Positions 10,850 through 22,614 of a DNA stretch of 64,000 nt are shown piece after piece. Location of the stretch: contig JASANG010001107.1 in the NCBI GenBank assembly GCA_030248215.1, positions 620,001 through 684,000 of the forward strand, written 5' to 3'. Origin of the DNA: Enoplolaimus lenunculus (Eukaryota). The notes beneath the pieces were generated by a model. The model worked only from the letters and a program-made list of their open reading frames with translations, was not told where the DNA came from and did not search any database. How positions within the stretch are numbered: the first letter of the stretch is position 1; the number at the start of each line of letters is the position of its first letter. The position numbers and the translations under genes were made by a program.

Positions 10850-13678
10850 TTAATAAGTGATTAAGGTCTTCTGTTTGCGTACATGGGCATATACAAGTGA
10901 GCAGATAGGTTGATCACCACTCCCGAATGATCTGTAGAAAAAGAAAAACCTACATTTACCACGCATTACGATAACATTACAAATTTTAGAGGTAAAAAAT
11001 TTTAACGCCTTGTTCGCTCGCTAAGAAAAACCTTTCAACGTGGCATTTACACTTTCATGGAATGAAATCACAGCGACGCCTCTGTTCGTGCAATACAAGT
11101 TTGTGATCGGACAATTAAAATTGTGACCTATAACGTAAAGATTTCAGCTGCTAGCGATAAAAATTTGAAATTGACAGGTTTCTATACTTAAATCAGTGTT
11201 GCTTTACGTTCGAATCCACTCAGCATCAGATTAGTTATTTGAACTGTAGGTCGCTAGGATACAGAACGTTTTTGTTAATGAGGGTTTGGGCAATACAGGC
11301 TCTTAGGAAACGCAACGGTCTCAACATGCTAGCTGAAGCAAATATAATGGGCATATATGTGGAAATTTACATGACTCAAAACTTGAAAGCGAAGCTAAAA
11401 CTTTTCTGCGGCGAACGAAATTTTGCAAGATGGCGCTGAGTTTCTTTGTCCCCTACCTGACTAAAGGATAGCGGATCCCGGAAATTTTCAAAGCAGACAC
11501 GCGTCGCGCAATATATATAATAGAGTGAAAAGGCTAGTGAGCAAGAAGCAGGACGCAAATTCAGTGTTAAAACGTATACTACAAGATTTTAATTTTACTT
11601 CCTGTTAAGGCCTTACACCTGTATGGCCAACCCTTTGATTCGCAAATAGTAAATCATTTGGCTTGTAAATTTACAGTTTGCATCGGGTAAATTTTGCATG
11701 AAAGCGCCAATTTTGGTGCGGCTACTTTCGTTTATTGACCACCTGATTTCCGTTAACTTGGCAGCTGATGCAACAGAACATATTTGAATTGCTATCACAG
11801 TAAAATGTCTACGTTAATAGAAGGAATATCTTCGTGCAAGCAAGCTTAAATAACAGAGTTACGACTGTTTGTGGAAGCACGTATGATGAAGGAAGGATAA
11901 AAATTAAAAATTCAATAATTTGTACACATCTTGTATGGACGCAAAGCAAATCTTGATAAAACGAATAGCATTTACCATGGTCCGGTAGCTAAAGCAAGGT
12001 CAACGTTAAGGGTTGAGCCCCCATCAACATATAGAAGCCCTTCAAGAAAAATTGGCCTTCATTAGAAGGAACTACCGGTACAGACTTGGACGGAAGGGTG
12101 TACGTGGCTCGTCAAAAAACTTTTTGTGACAAAACGGTAAAGTTCCTCTACCTTATGATTTTTCCACCTCAGAAAATCTTTTGGTAATACATAAAATCAT
12201 AAGATCAACCCTACGTTACAACTCTTCGGTGCTAATGGCACTCTGGCGCAGTATGTACTAAAAGTTGTGCTTTATAACGTTCGCTAGCCCACCCCACCGT
12301 CAGAAATTTCTGGATCCGCAGATGCAGCAGGTTAAAGTTAGGCAGAGGAACGCTTTGCAATGTAGATAAACATAAACATAGAGGCTAAACTACGTTTTGC
12401 TACAACACTGCCGAGTTTGCCTGATTAGCAGGTTTATGCTTTGCCAGTAAATCAAAATACTACAGTTATCGAAGTAATTCATGAAAAACTATTAATTGCA
12501 GTGTAATTTTCTGCAACAAACCGCATTAATTATCGCAGTTTGTTATCAAACTCTGAAAAAATCTGGTCAAACAAGATGTTTTCGCGTTTTGAAATCTCAT
12601 TTGAAATAAGAAAGCAATATGACGACAACCTTGTTTTGTCATCAAGCACGGTTAGCTTCTAGCTTTTTGGGGGTGGGGGCATAGCCGAGATTTCACTTCG
12701 TAAAGTTATAACATCGTTTTAGGTTTAACTTGAAGGTTAAAATCATGTAAGAGTTAATGTGCTATACTCGGCGCCGCATGCCACCGCATATCATTTAATG
12801 AGTAACTTTTATATACGCGGTGCCGCGTGCCAAGAATAGTACAATTCTAAGAGTTCCTATTCTCGTATTCGCGAAAATTTGTAGTAGAGATATATGCCCC
12901 TATTGTTGCCCATTGTATATACATGCCTCTGGCTTTGTGGAGGTGGTGAAGGGCAAACGAAAATTTTTATCAACAAAAGTTTTTCGTGCAACTACAATTT
13001 TGTTAACCGAAATATTCTGATCATACATTCTCAGATACCCACTGCTAGGCAAGTAACCAACTTTAAGTAACTTGCTAAGGAGTGCAATAACAATTTTAAA
13101 AAGAATATGTCGTTCAAACAACAAGCTTACAACCGGGGCTAATACTTTCCTAGGATAGCCAAAGTTTTTATAGAAGGAGCGGAGACGTTTACCGCCACTG
13201 CGGACCCAGCCCCATGTGCACTAATTTTTATAGTCACATATCGGATTTAACAAGAATTGTCTTACTGGAAACGCACGAAAAGACGCAAATATATATAATC
13301 CTAATTTGACAATGTTTTAAATGAACGTTTTAACAATGAAATTCTTAATAGTTAAAATGTTTGCAAGCTAAATGCTTTGTCACTGAATCAAACATAAAAA
13401 ATGCAATAGAACAATGCATACGTTGCGATCTGTTATTATTTATGGCAGGGTAATCGCGTTTCAATAGGTTTGTTAAGCTAACGGTCCATTCTTGCTGTTT
13501 GAGGGGTATGCTTGCTCGTATCCACAGATACAGTGTACTGGCTGCTGCCTTATTCAAAAATAAATTCTGGCTGTGAGACAACGATTTCTGAATTCAACGC
13601 AATATAGATGTTCTTAAATTATGGAGATCATTCGTTTTTGTTGACGCTTACTGACCCGAAGTGGAGAACACGTTGCTA

Positions 13679-13831
13679 GGCCCCTGAATGAACAGGGCCG
13701 GATCGTTTACCGAAGGGGCTATAATATAGTCAGTTTAAGCTTTAGACTAATTTTTTGCTTAAGCTTAGGCTTAGGCTTAGGCTTAGTAATATGCTTATAC
13801 TACGATTTCGACCATGTTCTATACATGAGCC
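13679..13831 (+). mobile_element. TTAGGC-containing MITE (family T1)
   Basis: Ends GGCCCCTGAATGAACAGGGCC...CCATGTTCTATACATGAGCC; 8-bp TSD CGTTGCTA (13671-13678) / CATTGCTA (13832-13839); internal (TTAGGC)n. Confidence 0.75.
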
Positions 13832-14272
13832 CATTGCTAGGAGTAGGGCTAAAAATTTTAAAGTGATAACACAACGGTTTCTAATGTCCCCCACATCAGT
13901 TTGAAACATTTTAGGATAGGAGGTTGGGCCTTGCCCCGGTATATCCCCTCTAACTAGGGGCTCGATCGTCTAAAATGTTGCTCTGGCTCTAAACTTTACA
14001 GATCGGTTTACTGTTGAAGGAAATGCTGAAAACACGATTTGGTATTAATTTTTGATAAGTTTTCGACTGAAGTTGATGACACAAATAACTATAGTCACGC
14101 ATGAAGCAAAAATTCTATTAATGCATCAGTGATCTGGCTGTGCTTAGGTTGGAATTCAGATCGGTTCTTTTTAAATTGTTTATCTTGGGATCACAGTGAA
14201 TACAACAAAGGTTCATCACGCTGTTCGCTGTTACCTCTTGTTTTCCTTACAATACCTGTGAAAAGGTTATAA

Positions 14273-14515
14273 CCCTTTCTCACTTGAATATTTTCTATTT
14301 CGTATAGAATATAGCTTCAAGTACGTAATATTCGAATCGCAGCAGCCTCTCGAGTGAGAGGCGGTCCGGAACTAACACTCAACTATACCCTTCATATCTT
14401 GTGATAATGATGTACTGCGCGCAAGCGTAGCAAAATGTTCAACACTGTTTATTCATTATGTACACGTTCATGTGTGCGCTAAGTTGCTCGCAGTATGTTC
14501 TTATGTGAGAAGGTG
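14273..14515 (-). mobile_element. piggyBac-type non-autonomous element (diverged copy 3)
   Basis: CCCTTTCTCAC...GTGAGAAGGTG termini, ATAA/TTAA flanks, residual TTCGAAT and AGTTGAGTG motifs on the minus strand. Confidence 0.6.
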
Positions 14516-14791
14516 TTAAAATATTTGGAAAGATTATTTTAAATCGAACGACATTTCCGAAGTTCCATCGGATGCTATTAATGCGATGTTGTACAGATGT
14601 TTAGTCATCCTGCAATTCACTCTCAGCGCCTAAACGCTTATTATTATAACTCATAAGCTCAAACAAAATCAGGTTTCTGTACACTCCACCCACAGGTTCA
14701 GGCTTAGACTCACACTTCTGCTTCGTCTCAGGTGAAGCTTGCCTAAAATTCTACGCCTTAACCTTTACCTAAGTCAAAGCATGAGGTTAAC

Positions 14792-14954
14792 GAAGGCCCG
14801 TAGACAAAGGGGGTCAGAGGGGCTCACACCCTTTGGAAAAATTTTGCACCCCTAGAAAATTTTCAACCTTGCTCGTAATTCACTGAAAATCCTTAAATGC
14901 CCTCCTAAACATTTTTTAGCCAAACCAAGCAAGGTGAGCAGGCTACGGGCCCTG
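14792..14954 (+). mobile_element. Family C MITE inserted within a degenerate telomere-like tract
   Basis: GAAGGCCCGTAG...CTACGGGCCCTG flanked by GTTAAC on both sides; surrounded by CCTAAG/CTTAG-type repeats. Confidence 0.7.
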
Positions 14955-15413
14955 GTTAACCTAAGCCATGACTTAGTTCTAAATGTGGAACATGAAAGTG
15001 TGTAAGAGTGTAAAATTTAACATTTGTAGGCTAAAATTCATTTAACTGACTCGTTTCTCCAAGTCAAGCTTAAGTCATTTGAATTAGATATTACAACCGT
15101 TGATCTTCCTACAACCTATATTCTATTTTTAGAATCAAATAAAATCATTTTCGCAAATCTTAGGTTGCAATTAGCGCACAGTATTATTGAAACACAATTT
15201 TTAATTCGCCCAATCGAAATAGCCGCGACCACAATACACGGTCAGATCACAAATTTCAGTTACTCGTTTCACCTTTTATACGTTTTCGAAGTATGTAATT
15301 AACCACATCACATTGTCAGGTATAGAGCGCAACCATATATATATTGATAATTGTTAAAAACGGCCAACAGTATAAGCAATAGATGTATAACTCTGTATTA
15401 GAAACGGCAGAGT

Positions 15414-15619
15414 CATTGCGGCGGATCCAGAAATTTCTGACGGAGGGCGGGCTGCCAAAAGTTATGAAACACAATTTTTACTGTATGCTTTATATGTGCC
15501 AATTTCCTGAGGGGGAATGAATTTGGTAAGGTAGGGACGGACCTTAATACCATTTTATGACAAAAGATTTTCTAACGAGGGGCGTACGTCCCCCGCCTTC
15601 CACTCTGGGTCCGCCAGTG
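15414..15619. mobile_element. MITE family D (GGCGGATCCAG...GATCCGCCACTG termini)
   Basis: Inverted ends with flanking duplication GCAGAGT/GTAGAGT; relatives at about 12075-12325, 41376-41675 and 57917-58083, plus many single ends. Confidence 0.65.
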
Positions 15620-15650
15620 GTAGAGTAGACAGATACAGGTTGCGACTTTT

Positions 15651-15841
15651 GGCTCTTGTAGACACCCTCCCATAACTTAGGAACGGCCTTGGTTTAGGCT
15701 TTGGCTTAAGAACTAGGTTTAAGACAAGGCCCACCTAAGCCTATGATTAAGCCTAAGCGTTTGGTTAAACCTTTGTTTTCCTAAACCTAAGCCTAAATCT
15801 GAGTTTCATCTTTAAAAGTGAGAGGAAATGTACCAAAGACG
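15651..15841. mobile_element. GGCTCTTGTA-ended element with opposed telomere-like repeats (family T2)
   Basis: Starts GGCTCTTGTA; TTAGGC-like repeats followed by GCCTAA-like repeats; relatives at 26278-26409 and 60744-60894. Confidence 0.5.
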
Positions 15842-16158
15842 CAACTTTGCAGCAATGTTTTGTGTCAATAATGCAAGCGCAAGTTACTTTAAATGTGCAG
15901 CGTTGGAGCAGTTACATAAATGTAAAATTACATTCAAGGAAAACTTGACCAACTCCGTGTATAAATTAGAGTTCTGGTACTGCCAGTTATTGCTAAATCA
16001 CCCATTTTTCTGAGCCAAATCTAACGACTTAAGCTTAAAAAATTTTACGGGTTCAGATTTCGAATGTTTTGCACCAATGTATATTCAAAACCATACCCTT
16101 GAAAAAATTCACTATCTGATAATAGGTAAACGTATAAATGCATCATTAAGGGCAATTA

Positions 16159-16743
16159 CTGGATTGACCCAAATCAGAGGGCGGTAGTAAGAGGGGGTCC
16201 CCATTTTGAGCCCCATTAAATACGAGCCCGTATGCCTTATAAGAGTTAGTAAGCGTATAGAGTCCCCAAACACATCAGCCCATAAATGTCAATTATTCCT
16301 GATTTTAGTGCATAATTGACTCCACAACCAAATAAAGTCCAGTTGGAAACTTTAAAGTGTACTTAAGTTTTGAAAGTACATCCTTGGGAAACTTTGCATT
16401 ATCGCTCAGGGAATTGAAGGGAGTGTGCCCCCTTTAAATTTGGCTGATGCCCCCCAAATTGACTCTGTCAAAAAGTAAACAATCTTGAGTTGCAGTTGTA
16501 GGGGTGCCCCAAAATTATTCGATGCCCCCAAATATAATTTTCTGCGGAAGCCTTTGACTTTTGATAAAGGACAAATCAACACTAAATTCAACGGATAGTT
16601 TGTCACCATATCGGGCATACAGTAACGAAGGGTGGGGGAGGGCGGGTTAAAAATAAATAACAGTCAGTAACTGAATAACGGGGGGACCCTCTCTTGAGAG
16701 GCCAAATAAATATTAGTTCCCCCTGATATTCGGGCCGCTGCAG
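16159..16743 (-). mobile_element. TA-flanked (Tc1/mariner-type) MITE family E with an internal insertion
   Basis: Degenerate CTGTAGTGACCCGAATAAGAG termini with TA on both sides; reverse orientation relative to 17228-17667; extra sequence at about 16407-16550. Confidence 0.65.
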
Positions 16744-17227
16744 TAGCTAAAACGTGTATGAACTAGCAAATGCCTGGATAACGGTTAGCGGCACACCAAT
16801 ACCGGTGACTTTTAAGCAGAGAGGCTGGTCGTATGTATATATGTGAAGTGGTTTAAGAAACAATTCGGCTAAATACTGAGCAACTTGTGTTAAATTGCTA
16901 GTAGTATAGTTAAGCTGTCAACAAGAACGGTTTGGGCTTGTTTGCCTAAGACTAATAGTCCAATAAAAATGTTTCGATTCTCCTGTTCTAAACACTGTCA
17001 AATGGGAATGTTCAAGATTTTCAAGTGCGCAGTTGGAAACGTATGCTATTTAATGATTATTTAAGAGTTGACAGCAATTTGACAAAAGTAAATGTAGAAA
17101 GTTTGGCAATGTTTCGTATAAGCAAATACGGTCGTTGTAATCATTGGCCAACGTATAGAACCGGGCATTGAACAGTATTAGTCATGAGCGTCTTCCAAAA
17201 CCTGCGTATAGCGTAAGAATGGGCTTA

Positions 17228-17667
17228 CTGTAGTGACCCGAATAAGAGGGGGATTGGTATTTATTTGTCCTCTCTAGAGGGAACCCCCTGTTATTCGGTT
17301 ACGGACTGTTATTTATTTTCAACTCGTCCTCCGCCACTTTTCGTTGCTGACATATATCCGGTATTGCAACTATCCGTTGAATTTAACGTTTATTCGTCTT
17401 GTATCAAAAGCTTGAGCGATAATGCAAGGTTATACTTTAGGAATGTACTTTCAAAACTTATGTTTGCTTTAAAGTTTCGAACTCAACTGTATTTGGTGCA
17501 GGAGTCATTTATACTCTACAATTAGGGATAATTAACATTTATGGACCATAATTAGGGTTTGTGGACTCTATCCGCTTACGCACTCTTATTAGGGATACGG
17601 ACTCCAATTGATTGGGACTCAAATGGGGACCCCCTTATTTCCCCCTCTCTTATTCGGATCACTTTAG
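17228..17667 (+). mobile_element. TA-flanked (Tc1/mariner-type) MITE family E
   Basis: TA-CTGTAGTGACCCGAATAAGAG...CTCTTATTCGGATCACTTTAG; colinear with 52326-52744; a 3' half copy at about 27520-27722. Confidence 0.8.
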
Positions 17668-18736
17668 CACACCTAAGCCTAAGCATAAAAATTTATTCAA
17701 CAGCTGAATAGCTTACTCTATTGCAGTCTCGCAAAAAAAGTTCCGCCCCTTATCTTTACATTAGCATAATCATATTGCCTGCTACTGTGTGGCACGCGCT
17801 TATCGAAAATTTGCGTTGCGCTTAAATTAATACGCTTTGCGTGTACACGTTAGAATTAAAAAAATTTTAGGATGAACATTGATTCAAATATTATAAACAA
17901 ACATTTTCTTCCATTTTAAGTCACGTGTTAATCTTGATTCCAACGAAGAGATCGCTGCATGGGCCGATTGAACAAGTAAAATTTGTTCTGAAGCGCCTTC
18001 ACGAAACATGCAGTTGCAATTTGTTCATGATATATGTCACAAACGAAATTCAAATTCAAATATGTTGAATCAAGATTGAGTTAATTTAATTGCAAAACTG
18101 TTTGCAGCTGAGGAGACATGTGCAAATTACAATAACAAAAACTCACAACAATTCACATGTTTTTGACACACGCTTGACTGGCAGTTTATCTCGGTAAAGT
18201 TTCAAGTTGGAATTTATTTAGAAACTAATTGTGCTAAGTGTGCACCGTTCGACTTTTAAAATAAGTAGACGAGTACCCGTTTGTGTTCTTTACACTGGAA
18301 ACAACCGCATTTCAAGCTTACTCTAACCTGGTAACAAACTTATCCTTGCTTAACACGTTGCGGACCGCGTACATGAATCCACACAATCCACACGTAAACC
18401 ATGTAATTATTGCAATTAAATTGACTTTGAAACAGTGCGACCGTTCAACTGAGATTAATCACAAATAAAACGGTATAAAATTTCATGTATAAGAAACTGT
18501 GGCTTCTGGGGTCCGAGTTATGTCTCAGTAAAAATTTTGGTGGGCGTAGAGGATATATTCCCGTGCCAACCAATTCTTCCCCTTGCACACGTACCTTGAA
18601 AAAGATTTTTCAAAAATCATCCGCTGAAACATTTAAATTAAAACTCATCATTTTCCATAAAATTATGGGGTTTTTATACAAAGTTGTACAAGAAGGCATT
18701 TCTGCGTTAGTTTTGCTTTGTGGTTGGGATATCCCC

Positions 18737-19130
18737 AGCGGCGAAGCAGACTGGGGTGGGGGCACCCCCAAAGTCCAGGGTGGTGCCCCCTACGTATAGG
18801 TGGATCCAGAATCTTTGGGTGTTCAATCTGTGGTTGTCCGAGCTTACGCTAGGGTGGTGGCCCCAGGTGGATTCAGAATTTTTCGGTGTTTAATCGGATG
18901 TTGTCCGAGCTTAGGCTCGTGCTTAGATGTAAATAAACCTTTTTTAAAAAGCAGTTTCACACAAAAGTTACGAAATGGTGAATCTAGAAAGTGAACCGAT
19001 GTTTAAAATGAATTCCGCTTTGCGCGCAGTTGGTATTTTCTGCTACAGTAGCTGAACAGCTCATATGTTAGGTAAAATCTTACAAAATGTTCATACGCTT
19101 TAACCAGAGGAGGCAGCACGCGGCACATCT
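18737..19130 (+). repeat. Dispersed repeat with internal GGTGGATCCAGAAT...GTTGTCCGAGCTTA subrepeats
   Basis: Homologous to about 38000-38370 (shared GTAGCTGAACAGCTCATAT and CAGCAC-CGGCAC blocks). Confidence 0.6.
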
Positions 19131-20853
19131 TACTCCAAAACTGTTTTTATCACGGTATATTGTGTTAGAACGTTTGCGTAATGCTGTAACACTGTTGCCT
19201 ATGGTGCGATGGAAAAACTTGCATACCTCAACCGAACTTTTTGGCTGCGCCCATTTTCAGACATATACAGTAAGCCATTCTTTATTGTTTCATTAGAAAA
19301 CCATTAAAACCACAAAATACTGGCATTGTCTCCAAGGTGAAATTCATTAAGAGCTTCTATAAATGCGCATTTCTTTAAACTTGAATAAGTTTGAATCGCA
19401 TTATCAAACACAAACTAATGATACTGTATTTATATGACAAGTTCATTTGAATACACTTCTCGGTGAGTTCTGTTAAGCTTGCGGCTCAAATTATGAAAAT
19501 CAATTTTCTTTCATTTTCGTTAATGTGTTTATTACTTTGCTTGCGCTTGCACTTTAAATTGTTATTCAGGCCCATAACCAGGAATTGTTAGCAGAGGGAG
19601 CAAGACGGATTTTAGTTGGAATAGGGCAAAATTGTTGTAACTTATAATTCTATTGACGCTGTAGAAAACATTTTTAGGCTCCGGGGTGAAAATGTCCGTA
19701 ACAGTGGCGCCGCGCGCGCTCTATCATGCCTCACATTTTTGTCCCGTAGTTGCAGTCTTGCAGTTATTGCGTTGTTGTAGTAAAGACAAAGTTAACAGCC
19801 TTTACATTAACTTAGCCAAAACCTTCACAGCTATAATCAAATCAGATTTAATTTATAGAATTTACTCAAATTTTAGATCTTAATCAGCAGTATATGATAA
19901 GTAAGCTATCATGATTGTACCGAATAAAATTAACATATTATTAATGCCTTGCATGACAAAATAATAAACTCGTAATATAAGCCGTACAAAAGAGGATTAT
20001 CCGCTACCTTGGTTTTACGATTCGCCAGAACTTCTTTATGGAGAGCTAACGTCAGCCCCTGAGGGCAAGTCTTAGCAACGGCGAATGCAGCACCGGATCC
20101 CGAAATTTTTTGATGGGGAAGGCTGCGCGATATATAATTGTACAAAACCTCGTGAGCGAAGCTTGCTAAAAGGCATGCGTAGGTTTAGTGCGAAATCTTT
20201 AATAAACAATTTTGGCCTGGAGCTATCTTGGTGCTGGGACGGAGAGCTTGGGACCCCCCATAGATTTGCCAGTAACGATGCGCTTGTTTAACTGTAGCGG
20301 CGGCTTCTTGACTACTTTACGAATTATAAAAAACATGGGTTAATAGTTATTGGTGATTGTATAAAGCGAATTTGTCTTCAAAATCATCAAACTAAAATTA
20401 TGCTGATGATTATGGGGAATTGAAGAGATATTTTTATCGTCAACATGTTCTCCTAAAAACAGAACATTATTTATCAAGTGAACACACAAAACATAATAAA
20501 GAGCGCATGTATAACTTCTTAAAAAGCATTATAAGTCTAACGGCTGCAAGGCTATTTTAGCCTCAGTCAGTAATGATAGACACGGAAAAATTATGAATCA
20601 TGTCAGTCAAAATTCATTACCGCTTAAATGTCTATTAAAATATTGGAGATTTTCATAAAGCTAACATAGGTTTTTGGCAAAAATTTGATGATTTTAACAA
20701 GATAGAAGTTTGCTTAGATCTTTTAACCAGCAAGCCGTGTTGCATTTAGTTGTTAAAACAGTAATTCAGTGGCCAATTAAGTATATTATGTACAAACTAA
20801 AATATGTTCATATATGTATACAACACTGCCATGCTCTACATTTATGCGCTTTT

Positions 20854-21263
20854 CAGGATGTAACCGGATACCCGTTTCCGTTTCCGGTAAAAATCGGTGT
20901 TCATTTCCGTTTCCGCATTCGTTATAGAAATACGGAAATTACGTTATTCGTACGTTCAATATTATTTACAAATCACGTAAATATCTCGCATTTTTTGCTA
21001 CAGATTTGCCGCAATTGTTCGAAATGAAAAATAATACAAAATTCATCCAAAATCTTAAATATTTCGATGCATCCGACATTTTTTCTTTGAAATCTTTGAA
21101 AGACTGTTGAATTTATGAACCCCTCAATTGTGTTGGCAGAAAAATAAATCAGTTTTGAAACCTTCTTTACTTCAATATCCGTTTTCCGTTTCATTTCGAT
21201 TATTTTGATCACTATCCGTTTCCGTTTTCGTTTCCGTTATTTTTACTGTTCGTTTACACCATG
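20854..21263 (-). mobile_element. hAT-like MITE family A (copy 2)
   Basis: Reverse-complement colinear with 610-1012; CCGTTT subterminal repeats. Confidence 0.75.
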
Positions 21264-22413
21264 TCTTTAATAGTTTCTTGAATTAAGTAGGTTAACATCG
21301 TAAATTTCAGGTCAAGACCTTAATGTAAAAGTGGCTTTGTTATCAGTGCTTAAACTGTTCCCGAAAGCTTGATTCTGTGAATCGTATTAATAAAATATGA
21401 GATTTTGAAAAATTAGACTTCTATCACAGCAATCAAAGTCTAAAAATCCCGCTGTAGCTATATTACACGAAAACAGTGTCGGAACAAATCAAGGTGGGTT
21501 GACTTGCGGACTTTAACAAAACTAAAATAGCATCAGAAATCATATCGTAATCGCCGTCACTATCTGCAGTGGAAATTGGTGTGTTGTTATGCTTTACATA
21601 CGGTCACACTTTTAATTTTCGGTAATTCTAAACCAAGCGGTTGCAGAAAAACATCAAGTAAAAGATTACATTTTAAAATTCTATCGAATATTTTGCAGTT
21701 TTTGCATATTTTCTGACGTATTTTGTTAAAGTTAAGTAGCCAAGTTTGAAAAATGAATATTCAACCATCGTTATCCTGTTCTTTTGATTTTCAAATATGC
21801 AGATTTGACCACAACAATAATATAAAACTCGCATTCTACTTTGTAAAATGAGTAAACGACAAGTTAAACCCAAAACCATGTTCTTCAAACACGAAAAAAC
21901 ACCTTTAATCCTATTGTTCAATTTACAAAAGCATTGCTGGGTTTTATAGATCAAGCGTAGTTAAAAACCAGAACTTAGTTTTAGAACAAAACTACATGAA
22001 TCTTTGCATATTACGGGAGCATTTACAATTGTGTAATTTATAAACTGAACAGAACACACGATAAAAGCTCATTTTTGCCCTATGTACCCACCTGGCCTAT
22101 AGACCAAATGCAAGGTGAACCGGTTGGAATTGGGGCCACGCAACAAAATGAAAAATCTATGCGTTTGAATTCCCTACCAAACCAGTAAAAGTCTGGGCGT
22201 GGCAATTTTCACCTTTTCTCATTTTCTAAACGAAACCTGCGCTTGTCAGATTTTCCCTACTTAGTCAAATCGTATACGTTACAAATTTTCCACTTTTCCC
22301 GTTTTCCAAACAAATTTTGCGCCAGCGCCGGATTAAAGGGGGATCCCGGGGGCCCGGGCCTCTCACCAAAAGTCGGCCTCCCACCAACCGAATACCGACG
22401 ACATGATTCAATT

Positions 22414-22614
22414 GGCCAATGTAAAGAACAGTGGCGGAAAGTATTATAAGCTTATTCCTAGCGTAAGCCTAAGCCTAAGCCTAAGCGTAAGAATGCGTTT
22501 ATTCCTAAGCCCAAGTCTAAGCCCACGCCAATCAAAAAATTAGTCTAAAGCTTAAGCTTATTCTATTCCAGTCGCACAGAAAAACGTTCCGAAGCCCTGT
22601 TCTATGCATGGGCC
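22414..22614 (-). mobile_element. TTAGGC-containing MITE family T1 (reverse orientation)
   Basis: GGCCAATGTAAAGAACAG...CCCTGTTCTATGCATGGGCC termini; internal (GCCTAA)n. Confidence 0.75.
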
